A DNA stretch of 64,000 nucleotides from Octopus vulgaris (taxonomy: Eukaryota), in NCBI GenBank assembly GCA_951406725.2, contig OX597823.1:117180001-117244000 (forward strand), in the 5' to 3' direction. Shown piece after piece: positions 62,431 to 64,000 of this stretch (within the stretch, counting starts at the first letter, position 1; each line of letters opens with the position of its first letter). A model generated the notes under the pieces. It did no database searches and was not told the DNA's origin. It was given only the letters and a program-made list of their open reading frames with translations. Both the position numbers and the translations under genes were made by a program.

Positions 62431-63491
62431 ATATATATATGCACACCTATATGTGTATAGACACACCTATGTGCAACTTTTCACTAAATGCGGTTTATTT
62501 CTTTTTCATGCAATTAAAAACTAGTAAATACTGAAATATATTAGTTCACTGGTGTTGTGTGTGTGTGTGTGTGTGTGTCCATGTGCACAGCCAGGTTTTG
62601 ATTAGTTTCAAAAAGAGGACAATTGGTTGAAGCCTCAAACCAATTTTCTTGGCTACTTATTTCTTTCAAACGATACAAAGATTTATGGGGAAATATTTAT
62701 CAATAGATAATAATATATCACTGTTGACCTTGCTCCTCCCACTCCTCTATCTTGCCTACGTTTTATACCTTTACTGGCAAATACAGCAATCTCTGAAGAA
62801 AGTTTCGCTTCTATAGGCAATTTATATTATTCCGTCTATTAATCATTCCTTTTATGTGAGATGACTACAATAATCTTTCTTTGATATTAACAACAACAAG
62901 AACAACAACAACATCATAAATAGTTCTAGTGACCATAACAATAGTAGTAATAATTTCTTAAATTGGCAGTCTATCACACATTTATAGAGGAAGGGTATTA
63001 ATGTTTAGCCACCCCATCTCACCGTACCCTTTTCATAAATAGGTTATTTATGGTATTGGCCCTAGTGAGTAAATGAAACATAATGTTGGCCCCAGGAGCG
63101 GGTGGTTAAATGGCAATGGAGAGAGTTTATACTAAATATTATTAGACAGATATTCCAACATACCATTTCCATCATTCCACTATAAAGGTAATAATAATAA
63201 TGATATCATTAATTGGTGTATTGATTACTATAATGAACTTCAATTTATTTCCATTTCACTTAGTCTTTATCTGTGTTTCATTACTTGGTCTATTGGTCTG
63301 CTAGAAATAGCAGCCAAATGTCCCTCAACAGGCACTCTACTACCATATATAGGGATATGACATATTAGATGAAATAATCCTACATGCACTTAAAAAAGAC
63401 AGGTCAGTCATGGATGGAACGTCTTTAATCAAAGTTCTGCTCTATTGGTGTTAATCTAGGATTAAACAGCAAACACACTACATACTACTTG

Positions 63492-63586
63492 CCTGTAATT
63501 ACTTGACCATTTACCAACACACCTGTAATTATTCAACCATTAACCTACTCACCTGTAATTACTCAGCTATTTTTCTACTCACCTAT
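63492..63586. repeat. ~30-bp tandem repeat x3
   Basis: cctgtaattac/tt..ccattt units. Confidence 0.75.
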
Positions 63587-63658
63587 TGAAAATGCCCCAG
63601 ATGAATCAAACTGTAACAATTCAGCTGTATCCAAAGAATTTACTTTTCCTTTCATTAT

Positions 63659-64000
63659 AGGTGCAGGAGTAGCTGTGTGGTGAGTAGCTTGCTTACCAAC
63701 CACATGGTTCTGGGTTCAGTCCCACTGCATGGCACCTTGGGCAAGTGTCTTCTACTATAGGCTCGGGCCGACCAAAGCCTTGTGAGTGGATTTGGTAGAC
63801 AAAAACTGAAAGAAGCCCGTCGTATATATGTATATATGTGTCTGTGTTTGTCCCCCCAATATCACTTGACAACTGATGCCGGTGTGTTTACGTCCCCGTA
63901 ACTTAGCAGTTCGGCAAATGAGACCAACAGAATAAGTACTAGGCTTACAAAGAATAAGTCCTGGGGTCGACTTGCTTGACTAAAGGCTGTGCTCCAGCAT
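63659..64000 (+). mobile_element. SINE family A (runs off window end)
   Basis: Head, core and start of the ccagcat tail. Confidence 0.9.

Overview
AT-rich, repeat-saturated eukaryotic intergenic/intronic DNA. The SINE families, (TA)n/(CA)n/(GAT)n microsatellites and LINE types point to a coleoid cephalopod, probably Octopus (inferred from recognition, not searched). No host protein-coding gene is supportable, and nearly all listed ORFs are microsatellite or repeat artefacts. Coding content is all transposon-derived: a near-intact IR/DR Tc1 element with a DD34E transposase (37890-39519), a 5'-truncated CR1-group LINE (34437-35802), RTE LINE fragments, a decayed RLE-type (Hero/NeSL-like) retrotransposon, mariner and Tigger/pogo relics, MITEs and dozens of tRNA-derived SINEs. 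The most interesting signal is a set of short fold-back insertions of Penelope-like architecture, several with hammerhead-ribozyme cores. The best example (48931-49266) joins a tRNA-like Pol III head to a minimal hammerhead, and its inverted duplicate starts at the predicted self-cleavage site. All calls were made by eye; repeat boundaries are approximate unless TIRs or TSDs are quoted.
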